Shown here one piece after another: positions 30,092-39,428 of a stretch of DNA of 64,000 nucleotides. The stretch's first letter is position 1. Every line of letters starts with the position of its first letter. The stretch covers positions 63,817 to 127,816 of the forward strand of contig JBBDRZ010000007.1 of assembly GCA_040905185.1 (NCBI GenBank). The letters run 5' to 3'. Under the pieces are notes generated by a model that saw nothing but the letters and a program-made list of their open reading frames with translations, was not told where the DNA came from and searched no databases. Source of the stretch: Chloroflexota bacterium (lineage in GTDB: Bacteria > Chloroflexota > Limnocylindria > QHBO01). A program made the position numbers and the translations under genes.

Positions 30092-31084
30092 ATGAGCGCG
30101 AAATTGACCGATGTTCAGGTCCGGCTGCGACCGTATGCCGGGGACAGCGACATCCCGGTCCTGACCCGCATCACCAACGATGCGGAGGCGGCCGACCAGA
30201 TCAGCGACCGCCTCACCGTGGAGCAGATGACCCTTGAGCTGCGTCCCGACGAGAAGTGCGACCCCGCGCGCGACCTGGTCGTGGCCGAGGTCGGCGAGAC
30301 GACGGTTGGCTTCGCGAAGGTCGAATGGATCGACACCAACGACGGGCTGCGCGAGTACCGATCCTGGGGAGAGGTGGATCCGGTCTGGCGCCGGCGTGGA
30401 GTCGGCTCGGTGCTGTTCGCCCGTGCGCAGGCGCGCATCGCCGAGGTGGCGGCCAGCCACGACATCGATCGACCGCGGGTCGCCGGCTGCTGGGCCGCGG
30501 AAACGGACAGGGGCGCGCACGCTCTGTACGAGCAGAACGGGTTCCAGCCGGCGCGCTGGTTCTTCCACATGACGCGCAACCTGGCCGACCCGATCGCGGA
30601 ACTCCCGCTCCCCGAGGGGCTCGAGGTCCGGCCGGTGACGCGTGAGGACTCGCATCGGCTGTTCCTGGCGGACGGCGAGGCGTTCCTCGACCACTGGGGT
30701 GGAGTGGACACCTCGGACACGGCGTTTGCTCGCTGGTCCGAGGAGTCGAGCTTCGACCCGTCCCTGCACGTGGTTGCCTTCGACGGCGATGAGATCGCAG
30801 GCGCGGTCATCAACGCGATCTATGCCGATGCGAACCGGCAGCTGGGGATCGAACGGGGCTGGCTGGACTCGGTGTTCACCCGCCGTCCGTGGCGCAGTCG
30901 CGGGCTGGCCCACGCGCTGGTTGCCCGCAGCTTGACGCTGATCCGTGACCGCGGCATGACCGAAGCCATCCTGGGGGTGGACGCCGGTAACGAGACCGGC
31001 GCGCTGGGGGTCTACACCGACAACGGCTTCGTGGTCAGCGAGAAGTTCACCGCCTACCGGCGAGCGTTCGAGGTGGATCGATGA
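30092..31084 (+). CDS. Tandem-domain GNAT acetyltransferase (paralog 1)
   Basis: VDPVWRRRGVGS and TRRPWRSRGLA acetyl-CoA motifs; LGVDAGNETGALGVY. Confidence 0.88.
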   Translation: MSAKLTDVQVRLRPYAGDSDIPVLTRITNDAEAADQISDRLTVEQMTLELRPDEKCDPARDLVVAEVGETTVGFAKVEWIDTNDGLREYRSWGEVDPVWRRRGVGSVLFARAQARIAEVAASHDIDRPRVAGCWAAETDRGAHALYEQNGFQPARWFFHMTRNLADPIAELPLPEGLEVRPVTREDSHRLFLADGEAFLDHWGGVDTSDTAFARWSEESSFDPSLHVVAFDGDEIAGAVINAIYADANRQLGIERGWLDSVFTRRPWRSRGLAHALVARSLTLIRDRGMTEAILGVDAGNETGALGVYTDNGFVVSEKFTAYRRAFEVDR

Positions 31085-32094
31085 TGGTTGCCGCCGAGCG
31101 GGTACTCGTGCCGGAGGCGCCTTCGATTCCGGGGCTGACCTTCCGGCGGCTGCGCCTGCCCGATGATCTGCAGCCGCTCGTCGCGCTGTTCAACCTGGCC
31201 AACGAGGAAGATGACGTCGAGGACCGATCCGATGTCGCCGGTTTGGCGGAGTGGTTCTCCCACCCGTCGGGGTTCGACCCGCTCCGCGACTGCCTGATCG
31301 CGCACGTCGGCGAGAAGGTCATCGGCTACGGCAAGGTCCATTGGGTGGACGATACCGATGGGGGCCGCGACTACGCGTCGTGGGGCGTGGTCCACCCCGA
31401 CTGGCGGCGGCGGGGCCTGGGCCGCGCCATCCTGCGCGCCAATCATCGGCGGCTGCGTCAGATCGCGGCCACCCACGATCTGGCCCCCGACGTGGCGCGC
31501 CGGTTCGAGACGTGGGCCGCCGAGTCCCAGGTCGGGGCGCTGGCCCTGCTGGAGTCAGAGGGCATGACGGTGGCACGCTCATTCTTCGAGATGCTCCGGC
31601 CGAACCTGGACGACGTGGCCGAGTTCGCGCTGCCTGAAGGGATCGAGGTGCGACCCATGCGGCCCGAGCACTATCGGGAGGTGTGGGCCGCCGACGTGGA
31701 GGCCTTCTCCGACCACTGGGGCGGGATGGACGGCGGGGAGCAGATGTTCCAGCGCTTCTTCAGCGGCCCATCCTTCGAGCCAGACATCTGGCGAGTCGCC
31801 TGGGACGGTGACCAGGTGGCGGGATCGGTGTCCAACGTTGTCATGCGCGAGTTCAACGAGGCGACCGGCGCCCGCCGTGGATTGCTGGCCGGGGTCAGCG
31901 TGCGGCGCCCATGGCGCGGGCGCGGACTGGCGCGTGCCCTCGTGGCGCAGAGCCTCATTGTCTTGCGCGAGCGAGGGATGGCCGAAGCCGTGCTGGGCGT
32001 GGACGCCGACAACCCGACCGGGGCCATCGGGGTGTACGAGGCCAACGGATTCGTCGTCCATCAGCGCGAGCGGAGCTACCGCAAGCCCTTCTGA
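31081..32094 (+). CDS. Tandem-domain GNAT acetyltransferase (paralog 2)
   Basis: VHPDWRRRGLG and VRRPWRGRGLA; LGVDADNPTGAIGVYE; colinear with paralog 1. Confidence 0.88.
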   Translation: MMVAAERVLVPEAPSIPGLTFRRLRLPDDLQPLVALFNLANEEDDVEDRSDVAGLAEWFSHPSGFDPLRDCLIAHVGEKVIGYGKVHWVDDTDGGRDYASWGVVHPDWRRRGLGRAILRANHRRLRQIAATHDLAPDVARRFETWAAESQVGALALLESEGMTVARSFFEMLRPNLDDVAEFALPEGIEVRPMRPEHYREVWAADVEAFSDHWGGMDGGEQMFQRFFSGPSFEPDIWRVAWDGDQVAGSVSNVVMREFNEATGARRGLLAGVSVRRPWRGRGLARALVAQSLIVLRERGMAEAVLGVDADNPTGAIGVYEANGFVVHQRERSYRKPF

Positions 32095-32352
32095 GTCCGG
32101 CTCGCTGCCATGGAGCCCCATCGGTACCGCCGCCGACCTGATCGCCCGCCGCATGTGTCGGTCCGTGACACGTATCGGACAAGTTCGCCCGCGTGCTTGG
32201 CCGTAAGGTGCCCAACGGTGTCGCATTCGGCGCCGGAGAGGCCTGTCATGGCCTTATTCGAGGCCCTTCTTGGCCGATAAGGATCGCGGCGAGGCACATC
32301 CGGCTGAACGGTTGGCGTTCTGTGCCGTCGGCCTTCCCCGAGAAAGCTGAAC

Positions 32353-33564
32353 CTAGGAGGCGACGTGCTCCGCCAGGACGCGGTCGCGAACCTCGTGGTA
32401 GTAGGCCACCAGCTGCTGGGTGACACGCTCCCAGGAGTAGTCCTCGGCCTTCGTGCGGCCGGCCTCGCCCATCCGATGTCGCAGGTCCGGATCGCCGGCC
32501 AGCTTGTACAGCGCCGCCGCGATGGCACGCGGATTGCGCGGCTCGACCAGGTAGCCCTCGACATCGCGCGAGACGACGTTCTTGTAGCCGTGGATGTCCG
32601 AGGCCACGATCGGCAGGCCGGCGGCCATGGCTTCCAGCAGGACGATCCCGAAACTCTCCTGGCCGGTGGATGGGGCGCAGAAGACATCCGCGCTGGCGAA
32701 GTAGCGGAGCTTGGCGGCCTGGGACACGTGGCCCACGAACTCGACGTCGCGGATGCGGCGGGTCGCGGCGTAGCGTCGGTACTCGCGGAGCCGCGGACCT
32801 TCGCCGACCACGATCAGGCGCGCGTCGACGCGGCGCTTCCGGAGCCGGTGGTAGCCGCGCAGGAGGTACGACATGCCTTTGCGGTCCTCCATCCGACCCA
32901 CGAACAGGATGTTCAAGGTCCCGTCCCGCAGCTCGTCGAACGGCTGCGCCGTGGCGAACGGCTCGATCTCGACTCCATTGGGAATGATCCGGTAGTCGCC
33001 CTCGAAGTAGCGGCCGATGAAGTGGCGGGCCGCGCCGCTGACCGCAATCCGGCCGTGCAGGCGCGCGGCCAAACCGGAGCCAGCCCGGCGTCCGAGCCAG
33101 TAGGACGGCGAGAAGCCGCCAAACGCGTGGAAGGTCGCCACGTTGACGGTCCTCGATTCGCGCAGCACCACGGGGCACAGGAACGGGACGAACGGCTCGT
33201 GGAAGTGGAGCACGTCGAAGCGGTGGGCCGCCAGCAGGTCGCGGATCCGGGGTCTGAGCCGCCAGCCAATGGTCAGGCGGCCGACGCTGCCGTTGCTGGG
33301 CACCGCCCAGCCCGTGCCGACGCGGATGACGTGGCCCTCGCTGTCGCGCTCCGGACCGTACTTGGGGGTGATGATCCACGCGTCGTGGCCCAGCGAGCGA
33401 AGCTCCTCGTAGGTGTGGCGGACGTGCTCGTTGACCCCGCCGGGGTGCGGAAAGCCATACGGGCTCACGATCCCGACCTTCAGTGAGGCCCGCGGAACGG
33501 TCGGGCCGGTCGGCTCCGCGCGAACGTCGAGGCGGGCGGCCTCGGGAGCCTCAATCACGCTCAT
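32353..33564 (-). CDS. pimA: GT4 glycosyltransferase, phosphatidyl-myo-inositol mannosyltransferase PimA-like
   Basis: SPYGFPHPGGVNEH, NGSVGRL, FDVLHFHEP, ATFH, GRIAVS, RKG, ESFGIVLLEAMAAG follow the PimA pattern; operon context with pgsA and acyltransferases. Confidence 0.8.
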   Translation of the reverse strand: MSVIEAPEAARLDVRAEPTGPTVPRASLKVGIVSPYGFPHPGGVNEHVRHTYEELRSLGHDAWIITPKYGPERDSEGHVIRVGTGWAVPSNGSVGRLTIGWRLRPRIRDLLAAHRFDVLHFHEPFVPFLCPVVLRESRTVNVATFHAFGGFSPSYWLGRRAGSGLAARLHGRIAVSGAARHFIGRYFEGDYRIIPNGVEIEPFATAQPFDELRDGTLNILFVGRMEDRKGMSYLLRGYHRLRKRRVDARLIVVGEGPRLREYRRYAATRRIRDVEFVGHVSQAAKLRYFASADVFCAPSTGQESFGIVLLEAMAAGLPIVASDIHGYKNVVSRDVEGYLVEPRNPRAIAAALYKLAGDPDLRHRMGEAGRTKAEDYSWERVTQQLVAYYHEVRDRVLAEHVAS

Positions 33565-34310
33565 CGCCACTCTCCGGACGGGCGCAGAGTATGCCCCAGC
33601 TTGCGGGCCTTGGCCACCAGCTGACGGCCGTACACCGCCACATTGTGGCCGGTGCTCCAGTGGCGGCCGACCGCCTCCACCGCACCCTCTGCCAGCGCGG
33701 CCCGGAACTCCGCACCCGTGGTGCCGTCGAAGGTGGTCCAGGCGCTGCCCACCGTCTCCAGCACGTGGGCGTCTGAGCTGCCCAACCCAGGGAGTTGGAG
33801 GCGCTCGGCGTTCAGCTCGGCCAGCGCCGCGTGGCGCAGCCGGCCGCCGAGGCTGGGGTTGATCAGCTCGACCGCGTCGAGGTGCCGCTCGGGGCGTGGA
33901 TCGGTCTGGAGGCGAACCAGGCTCCCTCGGCCGAGCGAGAGGAAGATCCCCAGCGCGTGGGGCGCGATGGCCAGGCCACCCTGTTCATGGATCCGCTCCA
34001 CGGTCTCGGCTACCGAGCGAAACGGCGGGATGGGGCTGGTCAGGAACAGACCGAGCAGGTGACCGCTGCGGGTCGTGATCTCCTCGCCCACCACGAGCCC
34101 GAAGTGGTACTCGCCCGCCGCGTGCATGGCCTGGGCACGCAGCGCACCGTCGATCCGATCGTGGTCGGTGATGGCCACCAGGTCCAGGCTCGTCCGCTGC
34201 TCGACCCAGCCGAGCAGGTCCACCAGGCGCGCGGTGCCGTCGGAGTACAGGGTGTGGAGGTGGAGATCGGCCATGCCGTGCGCCCCGCTCCGGGGTCCGG
34301 ATCGGCTCAT
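33561..34310 (-). CDS. PHP-domain metallophosphoesterase
   Basis: DLHLHT, ITDHD, GEEIT, GHLL, APH and SDAH metal ligands. Confidence 0.9.
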   Translation of the reverse strand: MSRSGPRSGAHGMADLHLHTLYSDGTARLVDLLGWVEQRTSLDLVAITDHDRIDGALRAQAMHAAGEYHFGLVVGEEITTRSGHLLGLFLTSPIPPFRSVAETVERIHEQGGLAIAPHALGIFLSLGRGSLVRLQTDPRPERHLDAVELINPSLGGRLRHAALAELNAERLQLPGLGSSDAHVLETVGSAWTTFDGTTGAEFRAALAEGAVEAVGRHWSTGHNVAVYGRQLVAKARKLGHTLRPSGEWR

Positions 34311-35248
34311 GGTCGGCCCCCGCCGTCAGCAAGCAGATCGGGCAGCTGTTCGGGCGTCAGGTCGGCCCAGATCGGCTGGAAGGCGGCCCACCATTGCTCG
34401 GGCGCCCGGGCGATGTGATCGGCCAGGACGTCGGTGATGCGCTGGGTCAGGGCCGCCACGTCGGCCCGGCGGTTGCCGGTCGGTGTCCACGCCACGAGGT
34501 CGGTGCGGGCCGCGAAGCGATTCGGGGCGGTTCGGCGGAGCGTGCCGACGACCACCGGAGCGCCGGTCAGGACCGCGAGCGTGGCCGGACCACCCGGCAC
34601 CCGCGCCGGATGGCCGAAGAGGCTCACCACCAGGCCGCTCCCGCTCACGTCGCGGTCGGCCGCGATGGCCACCAACTCGCCGTGGCGCAGGCCATTTAGC
34701 ACGCGACGACCGGACGGCGGTGCCACCATCTCGCCTCCTGCACTGCCCGCCCCGCGTCGCGAACGCAGGTACGCGAACAGCTCCGGCGGCTCGATGCGCT
34801 CGACCGGGGCCACCCAGCGCAGGCCGCGGGCGGCAAGCCAGATGGCCCCCGGCTCGAAGTTGCCGAAGTGGGCAGATACGCCGATGACGCCGCCCGTCCG
34901 CGCGAGCGCTTCGACGCCGGCCGCGTCGTCAAGCACGAGCATCTGGGCGATATCCCGGCGGCCGTGCCGCGGGAGGCGGATCACCTCCAGGTAGTAGCGG
35001 GCGTGGGCCACGAATGCCGCGCGCACCAGTCGCCGCAGCTCGGTGCCGTTGACCGGCCGGCCCGTGGCCGCGCACACGCGGGCCAGGTTGGCCGCCACCA
35101 GCCGGCGCCGGGCCGGGGCGAATCGGTACCACGCCAACCCGAGCCGGTCCGCCAGGGCGTAGGCGGCGCGACCGGGGAGGAGGCCGACCAGCGCATCCCC
35201 CAGCTCCAGGCCGGCGCGCAGGACCAGGCCGCCCGGACGCAGGCTCAT
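34307..35248 (-). CDS. PatA/LpxL-family acyltransferase (copy 2)
   Basis: SAHFGNFE catalytic motif; AADRDV...LFG....PGGPATLA; ATGA overlaps at both ends. Confidence 0.85.
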   Translation of the reverse strand: MSLRPGGLVLRAGLELGDALVGLLPGRAAYALADRLGLAWYRFAPARRRLVAANLARVCAATGRPVNGTELRRLVRAAFVAHARYYLEVIRLPRHGRRDIAQMLVLDDAAGVEALARTGGVIGVSAHFGNFEPGAIWLAARGLRWVAPVERIEPPELFAYLRSRRGAGSAGGEMVAPPSGRRVLNGLRHGELVAIAADRDVSGSGLVVSLFGHPARVPGGPATLAVLTGAPVVVGTLRRTAPNRFAARTDLVAWTPTGNRRADVAALTQRITDVLADHIARAPEQWWAAFQPIWADLTPEQLPDLLADGGGRP

Positions 35249-36252
35249 CGGCCGCCGATGGTCCAGTCCTCGCCCGCCCGGGCGCGTGCCAACGCTGCGG
35301 CGGCCGCGGCCCGGTCGGCCGCGGTCTGGGGCCACACCGGGCGGAACATGTACCACTGGCCCGGGTCGCCGGCGATGACCTGGCCAAGGGCATCGGCCAG
35401 GGCCTGGGTGGCGCGGTAGACTTCGGCCGGTTCGCTGCTGCTGGCCCGGATGACGGGGTATCCCCACGCCTCCAGCCGGTCGTCATCGGTCCGCCGGGCG
35501 CCGATGGGCAGGATTGCGGCACCGGTCCGGGCCGAGATCACCGCCGGCCCCGCCGGGAACGTGGTGGCGGCTCCCAGCAGCTCGACCGGGACGTCGCCGG
35601 GTCGGTAGGCGCCATCGCACAGGAGGGCGAGGTTGCCGCCGCTCCGGAGCACCTTGTACAGCCGGCGCAGGTTGCGCCACCCGATGATCTGTACCCCGAA
35701 CGCGCCGCGCACCGCCGCCAGGTGGTCGTACAGCCGCCCGTAGGTCGTGTCGTCACCCACCACGCTGATCTTTTCGCCCTCGACCATCAGGGCTGGGGCC
35801 AGCAGGTCCATGGCGCCCACGTGGACGGCGCATATGAGGAGCCCCTTGCCCTCCGTGCCCTGGGCGGCGGCCAGGTTCTCCCAGCCATGGAACGTGACCC
35901 GCTGCCGGGCCTCCACCGGGTCCAGGGCCGGCAGCCGCATGACCTCGGCCAGGTAGCGGCCGTAGTTCTGGAACGCGCGGCGCGCGGCGCGCGACACGCG
36001 TGGATCCTCAACCGGAAGGCCCAGGGCCTGGGCCATGTTGGCTCGGATCACGGCGCCCTTCGCGCCGGACACGTCATAGGCGCCGTTGGCAAGCGCCGCC
36101 GCCGCCGGCAGCACGACCCGGCGAGGCAGCGCGCTCAGGGCGCGTTCGGTCGCTCGGTAGCCCCAGTACGCCAGCCGCTCACGCCCGCGCTCGCCCCCAC
36201 GCGCAGCATATTGCCGCGCCCGAGCGCGAGTCGAGCTTCCCTCAGCGGTCAT
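35245..36252 (-). CDS. PatA/LpxL-family acyltransferase (copy 1)
   Basis: AFQNYGRYLAE, VHVGAMD, LLCDG...PAGPAVI, PGQWYMFRPVW. Confidence 0.85.
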   Translation of the reverse strand: MTAEGSSTRARARQYAARGGERGRERLAYWGYRATERALSALPRRVVLPAAAALANGAYDVSGAKGAVIRANMAQALGLPVEDPRVSRAARRAFQNYGRYLAEVMRLPALDPVEARQRVTFHGWENLAAAQGTEGKGLLICAVHVGAMDLLAPALMVEGEKISVVGDDTTYGRLYDHLAAVRGAFGVQIIGWRNLRRLYKVLRSGGNLALLCDGAYRPGDVPVELLGAATTFPAGPAVISARTGAAILPIGARRTDDDRLEAWGYPVIRASSSEPAEVYRATQALADALGQVIAGDPGQWYMFRPVWPQTAADRAAAAAALARARAGEDWTIGGR

Positions 36253-36276
36253 GGGCGGACGCTCTCAGCGAGGCCT

Positions 36277-37494
36277 TCAGCGCCGGGCGGTGGCTTTGGC
36301 GCGAGGCACTCGCGGGGCACGCCTGGCCCGTACCGGACGCGGCGCCTCGGTGCCGTCCAGGGTCTCGTTGTCCTCGCCCCGGATGAAGGCCTCCACCCGC
36401 TCCCGGGCCACGTCGTCGTGGATCTGGATGGGCGGCGACTTCATGAAGTACGAGGACGGCGCGACCAGCGTGCCGGCCAGCCCGCGGTCCAATCCCAGCT
36501 TGGCGCAGCGGATGGCATCGGTGATGACGCCGGCGCTGTTCGGCGAGTCCCAGACCTCCAGCTTGAGCTCCAGGTTGAGCGGCACGTCGCCGAAGGTGGT
36601 TCCTTCCATCCGGATGTGGCACCACTTGCGGTCCTTCAGCCACGGCACGTAGTCCGAGGGCCCGACGTGGACGTTGTCCGCCCCCAGCTCGTAGTCGAGC
36701 ATCGAGGTCACCGCGTTGGTCTTGCTGATCTTCTTCGACTCCAGCCGCTCGCGCTCGAGCATGTTCAGGAAGTCGGTGTTCCCTCCGAAGTTGAGCTGAT
36801 AGGTGCGATCCACCCGCACGCCGCGGTCCATGAACAGCCGGGTCAGGACCCGGTGCGTGATCGTGGCGCCCACCTGGCTCTTGATGTCGTCACCGATGAT
36901 CGGCAGGCCGTGCTCGGCAAATCGGCGCTGCCAATACGCCTCGCGCCCGATGAACACCGGGATGGCGTTGATGAAGCCGACACCCGCCTGGAGTGCCTGC
37001 TCTACGTACCACTTGGTGGCGTCTTCGCTGCCCACCGGCAGGTAGGAGACCAGGACGTCGACCTCGCGGTCGCGGAGGATGCCGACCACGTCGGCGGTCT
37101 GGCCGGGCGCCTTCTCGATTACCTGGGACAGGTACTTGCCCAGCCCGTCGAGGGTCATGCCCCGATCCACGGTGACGCCCAGGTGGGGCACCTGCTGGAA
37201 CACGTACGTGTTGTTGGGCGCGGCGTAAATGGCCTCCGACAGGTCCTTGCCGACCTTGTTGCGGTCAATGTCGAACGCGGCCACGAACTCGATGTCGCGG
37301 ATGTGGTAGCCGCCCAGGTCGACGTGCATGAGGCCCGGGATCTGGTCCCCGACACGGGCGTTCTCGTAGTAGTAGCGCCCCTGGACCAGGCTCGAGGCGC
37401 AGTTGCCCACGCCCACGATGGCGACCCGGACCTTGCCGTCCGAGCGTCGCTTCCCGTTCCGCCCGTTCGAGGCGATCTTGGTATTGGTGGCCAC
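36277..37494 (-). CDS. ino1: myo-inositol-1-phosphate synthase
   Basis: [54 protein letters not shown]; AGGAG SD before GTG 37494. Confidence 0.97.
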   Translation of the reverse strand: MATNTKIASNGRNGKRRSDGKVRVAIVGVGNCASSLVQGRYYYENARVGDQIPGLMHVDLGGYHIRDIEFVAAFDIDRNKVGKDLSEAIYAAPNNTYVFQQVPHLGVTVDRGMTLDGLGKYLSQVIEKAPGQTADVVGILRDREVDVLVSYLPVGSEDATKWYVEQALQAGVGFINAIPVFIGREAYWQRRFAEHGLPIIGDDIKSQVGATITHRVLTRLFMDRGVRVDRTYQLNFGGNTDFLNMLERERLESKKISKTNAVTSMLDYELGADNVHVGPSDYVPWLKDRKWCHIRMEGTTFGDVPLNLELKLEVWDSPNSAGVITDAIRCAKLGLDRGLAGTLVAPSSYFMKSPPIQIHDDVARERVEAFIRGEDNETLDGTEAPRPVRARRAPRVPRAKATARR

Positions 37495-37499
37495 GATGT

Positions 37500-38174
37500 T
37501 CAGCGCTCCTTGTCTTGACCGATGGGGGCAGGCAGGGCGGCGGAAGCCGCCTGCTGACGAACGTTCCAGATGCGCTGGGCGACGGTCACCCAGGCGAGAA
37601 TGGCGATGAGGCCCATCGCCGCGATCAGAGCGATGGCATGGCCAAGCCCAGCCAGCGCCAGGCCCAGGACCAGGATGATCAGCCGCTCGGGACGGGGCGC
37701 CAAGCCGTTGGAGGCAGTGAAGCCGACGGCCTCGGCCCGGGCCCGCGAGTAGCTGACCAGGAACGAGCCGCTCAGAGCGAGGGCGGCCAGCATGACTGGC
37801 ACGAAGGGTTGGGCGGTGCGATCCAGCCAGAAGGCCACGATGCCGAGGTAGACGAGGGCTTCCCCGGTGCGGTCCAGGGTGCTGTCCAGGAACGCCCCGA
37901 AGGGCGTGGCGCCGCCCTGGGCCCGGGCCAGGCCGCCGTCGATGGCGTCCAGACTCGCGCCCACGGCCAGGAACACCGCGCCCAGCAGCAGGGATCGCTG
38001 CCATACCAGGAGGGAGGCAGCGGCGACCAGGATCAGGCCAGAAACCGTGACCGAGTTGGGGGAGACCCCCGCCGCGGCCAGGACATTCACCACCGGCGCC
38101 ACGGCCACCCGACCCGCCTCCTTGAGCCGGGCCGAGAGGAGCGCATCGCCGCGCGGCGCTCGGTCAGCGGACAC
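37500..38174 (-). CDS. pgsA: CDP-alcohol phosphatidyltransferase, phosphatidylinositol-phosphate synthase-like
   Basis: DAIDGGLAR...[10 protein letters not shown] motif; SYSRARAE and RPERL as in inositol-phosphate-using PgsA1-type enzymes; adjacent to ino1. Confidence 0.88.
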   Translation of the reverse strand: MSADRAPRGDALLSARLKEAGRVAVAPVVNVLAAAGVSPNSVTVSGLILVAAASLLVWQRSLLLGAVFLAVGASLDAIDGGLARAQGGATPFGAFLDSTLDRTGEALVYLGIVAFWLDRTAQPFVPVMLAALALSGSFLVSYSRARAEAVGFTASNGLAPRPERLIILVLGLALAGLGHAIALIAAMGLIAILAWVTVAQRIWNVRQQAASAALPAPIGQDKER

Positions 38175-38529
38175 GAAGCACGCCTCCCGCATCCAGGCCC
38201 TGGGTGGCGGCCAGGCGCAGGTCACCTGCCACCAGGCGTTGCTGGGCGGCGGTCAGCGCCGCGAAGGCGGCGGGTCGCAGGGCGCACAGCTTCTCGCGAC
38301 CGTGGGGCCGCATTTCCACCAGCCCGGCCGTGCGCAGGATCCGCAGGTGCCAGCTGATGAGCGGCTGAGACAACCCGAATCGAGCCGACAGCTCATTGAC
38401 GGGGAGGGGTCCCGACTCGCCCAGGATGGCGCAGATCCGCAGCCGGGTGGGGTCGGCCAGGGCGCGGTACAGGTCGCGCAACAGGCGGAGGTCGCGGGTC
38501 GCGATCGAGTCGGCGCGGAGAAGGGTCAC
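38164..38529 (-). CDS. ArsR/SmtB family transcriptional regulator heading the inositol-lipid operon
   Basis: RALADPTRLRI...LSQPLISWHLRILRTAGLV. Confidence 0.92.
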   Translation of the reverse strand: MTLLRADSIATRDLRLLRDLYRALADPTRLRICAILGESGPLPVNELSARFGLSQPLISWHLRILRTAGLVEMRPHGREKLCALRPAAFAALTAAQQRLVAGDLRLAATQGLDAGGVLRVR

Positions 38530-38564
38530 GCGGTGGGGCCTCTCAGGAGAGAACCGTTAAGGTA

Positions 38565-38616
38565 GCCTTTATATAAGGCGGGGCTTATCCTATTACCCGA
38601 ATTGGGCAGGTGTCAA
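38565..38616 (-). promoter_or_regulatory. Promoter and candidate ArsR operator
   Basis: Minus-strand TTGACA (38616-38611), 18-nt spacer, TAGGAT (38592-38587); palindrome GCCTT-TATAT-AAGGC (38565-38579) just downstream. Confidence 0.6.
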
Positions 38617-38654
38617 CACGACCTCCGCCGATCGGGACGCGGTAGAGTCCGGCC

Positions 38655-39428
38655 ATGCCGACCTCCACACCGGACGCGCTGTGGTCGTCGCCGGCCGCCG
38701 GTCGCCTGCGGCCGGTGGCGGTGGAGGTCAACGACCTCGCTCGCCGGGTGGGCAACCGGCCGATTCTGGACGGGATCGAGCTGGCGGTACCGGTCGGGGC
38801 GCGTGTCCTGCTGTCCGGGGTCGACCCCGAGGCTCCTTCGCTCCTGTTGCGGATCATGGCCGGCCTGGCCCGCGCGGATCGTGGAACGGTGACTCTGGCC
38901 GGGCTCCAGCGGGAGACGGCCATTCCCGGGGGCTGGGTGCGGAGGATCGGGTTCGTTGGATCGGATCCGGGCATTCCGCGGTGGATGACGGCGGCCGAAA
39001 GCCTTGACCTGGCCGCGCGCCTGGCCGGGATCGACGGTGCGGAACGACAGCGCGAGATCGAAGAATTCCTCCAGGCGTTCCGGCTGGGCGCCATCCGCGA
39101 CCGTCCGTTGCAGCATGCCGGGCGCATCATTCTCGAACGGACGGCGCTGGCAGCCGCCCTCCTCCCCGACCCCGAAGTCCTCCTCCTGGATGAGCCGCTG
39201 CGCGCCCACGCTCCGTCCGACCGACTGCGGCTGCTCCGCATCCCGGGCGAGCGCCGAACCGTGCTCATCGCCAGTCGCTACCCGGCCCAGCAGGGCGGTT
39301 TCGTCGACCGGGTGGTCCTCATCCGCGATGGACGCGTGGCGCTCCATGCGCCGATCGGCGAGCTGGACGCGCAGCGCCTGCCCCTCTCGTTGCGGGGCCT
39401 GACCGCATTGGCCGACCTGGTCCCATGA
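38655..39428 (+). CDS. ABC-type ATP-binding protein with degenerate catalytic motifs
   Basis: ABC fold with LLLDEP, but Walker A reads SGVDPEAPS, with no LSGG and no H-loop His. Confidence 0.8.
   Translation: MPTSTPDALWSSPAAGRLRPVAVEVNDLARRVGNRPILDGIELAVPVGARVLLSGVDPEAPSLLLRIMAGLARADRGTVTLAGLQRETAIPGGWVRRIGFVGSDPGIPRWMTAAESLDLAARLAGIDGAERQREIEEFLQAFRLGAIRDRPLQHAGRIILERTALAAALLPDPEVLLLDEPLRAHAPSDRLRLLRIPGERRTVLIASRYPAQQGGFVDRVVLIRDGRVALHAPIGELDAQRLPLSLRGLTALADLVP

Noticed and set aside
30092-37494. Mycothiol pathway (GT4 as MshA, GNATs as MshD, ino1)
   Set aside because: The GT4 has PimA-type motifs rather than the MshA HTSP/GGMNVY pattern. It is linked to pgsA and acyltransferases, no mshB or mshC is present, and the GNATs belong to a convergent operon.
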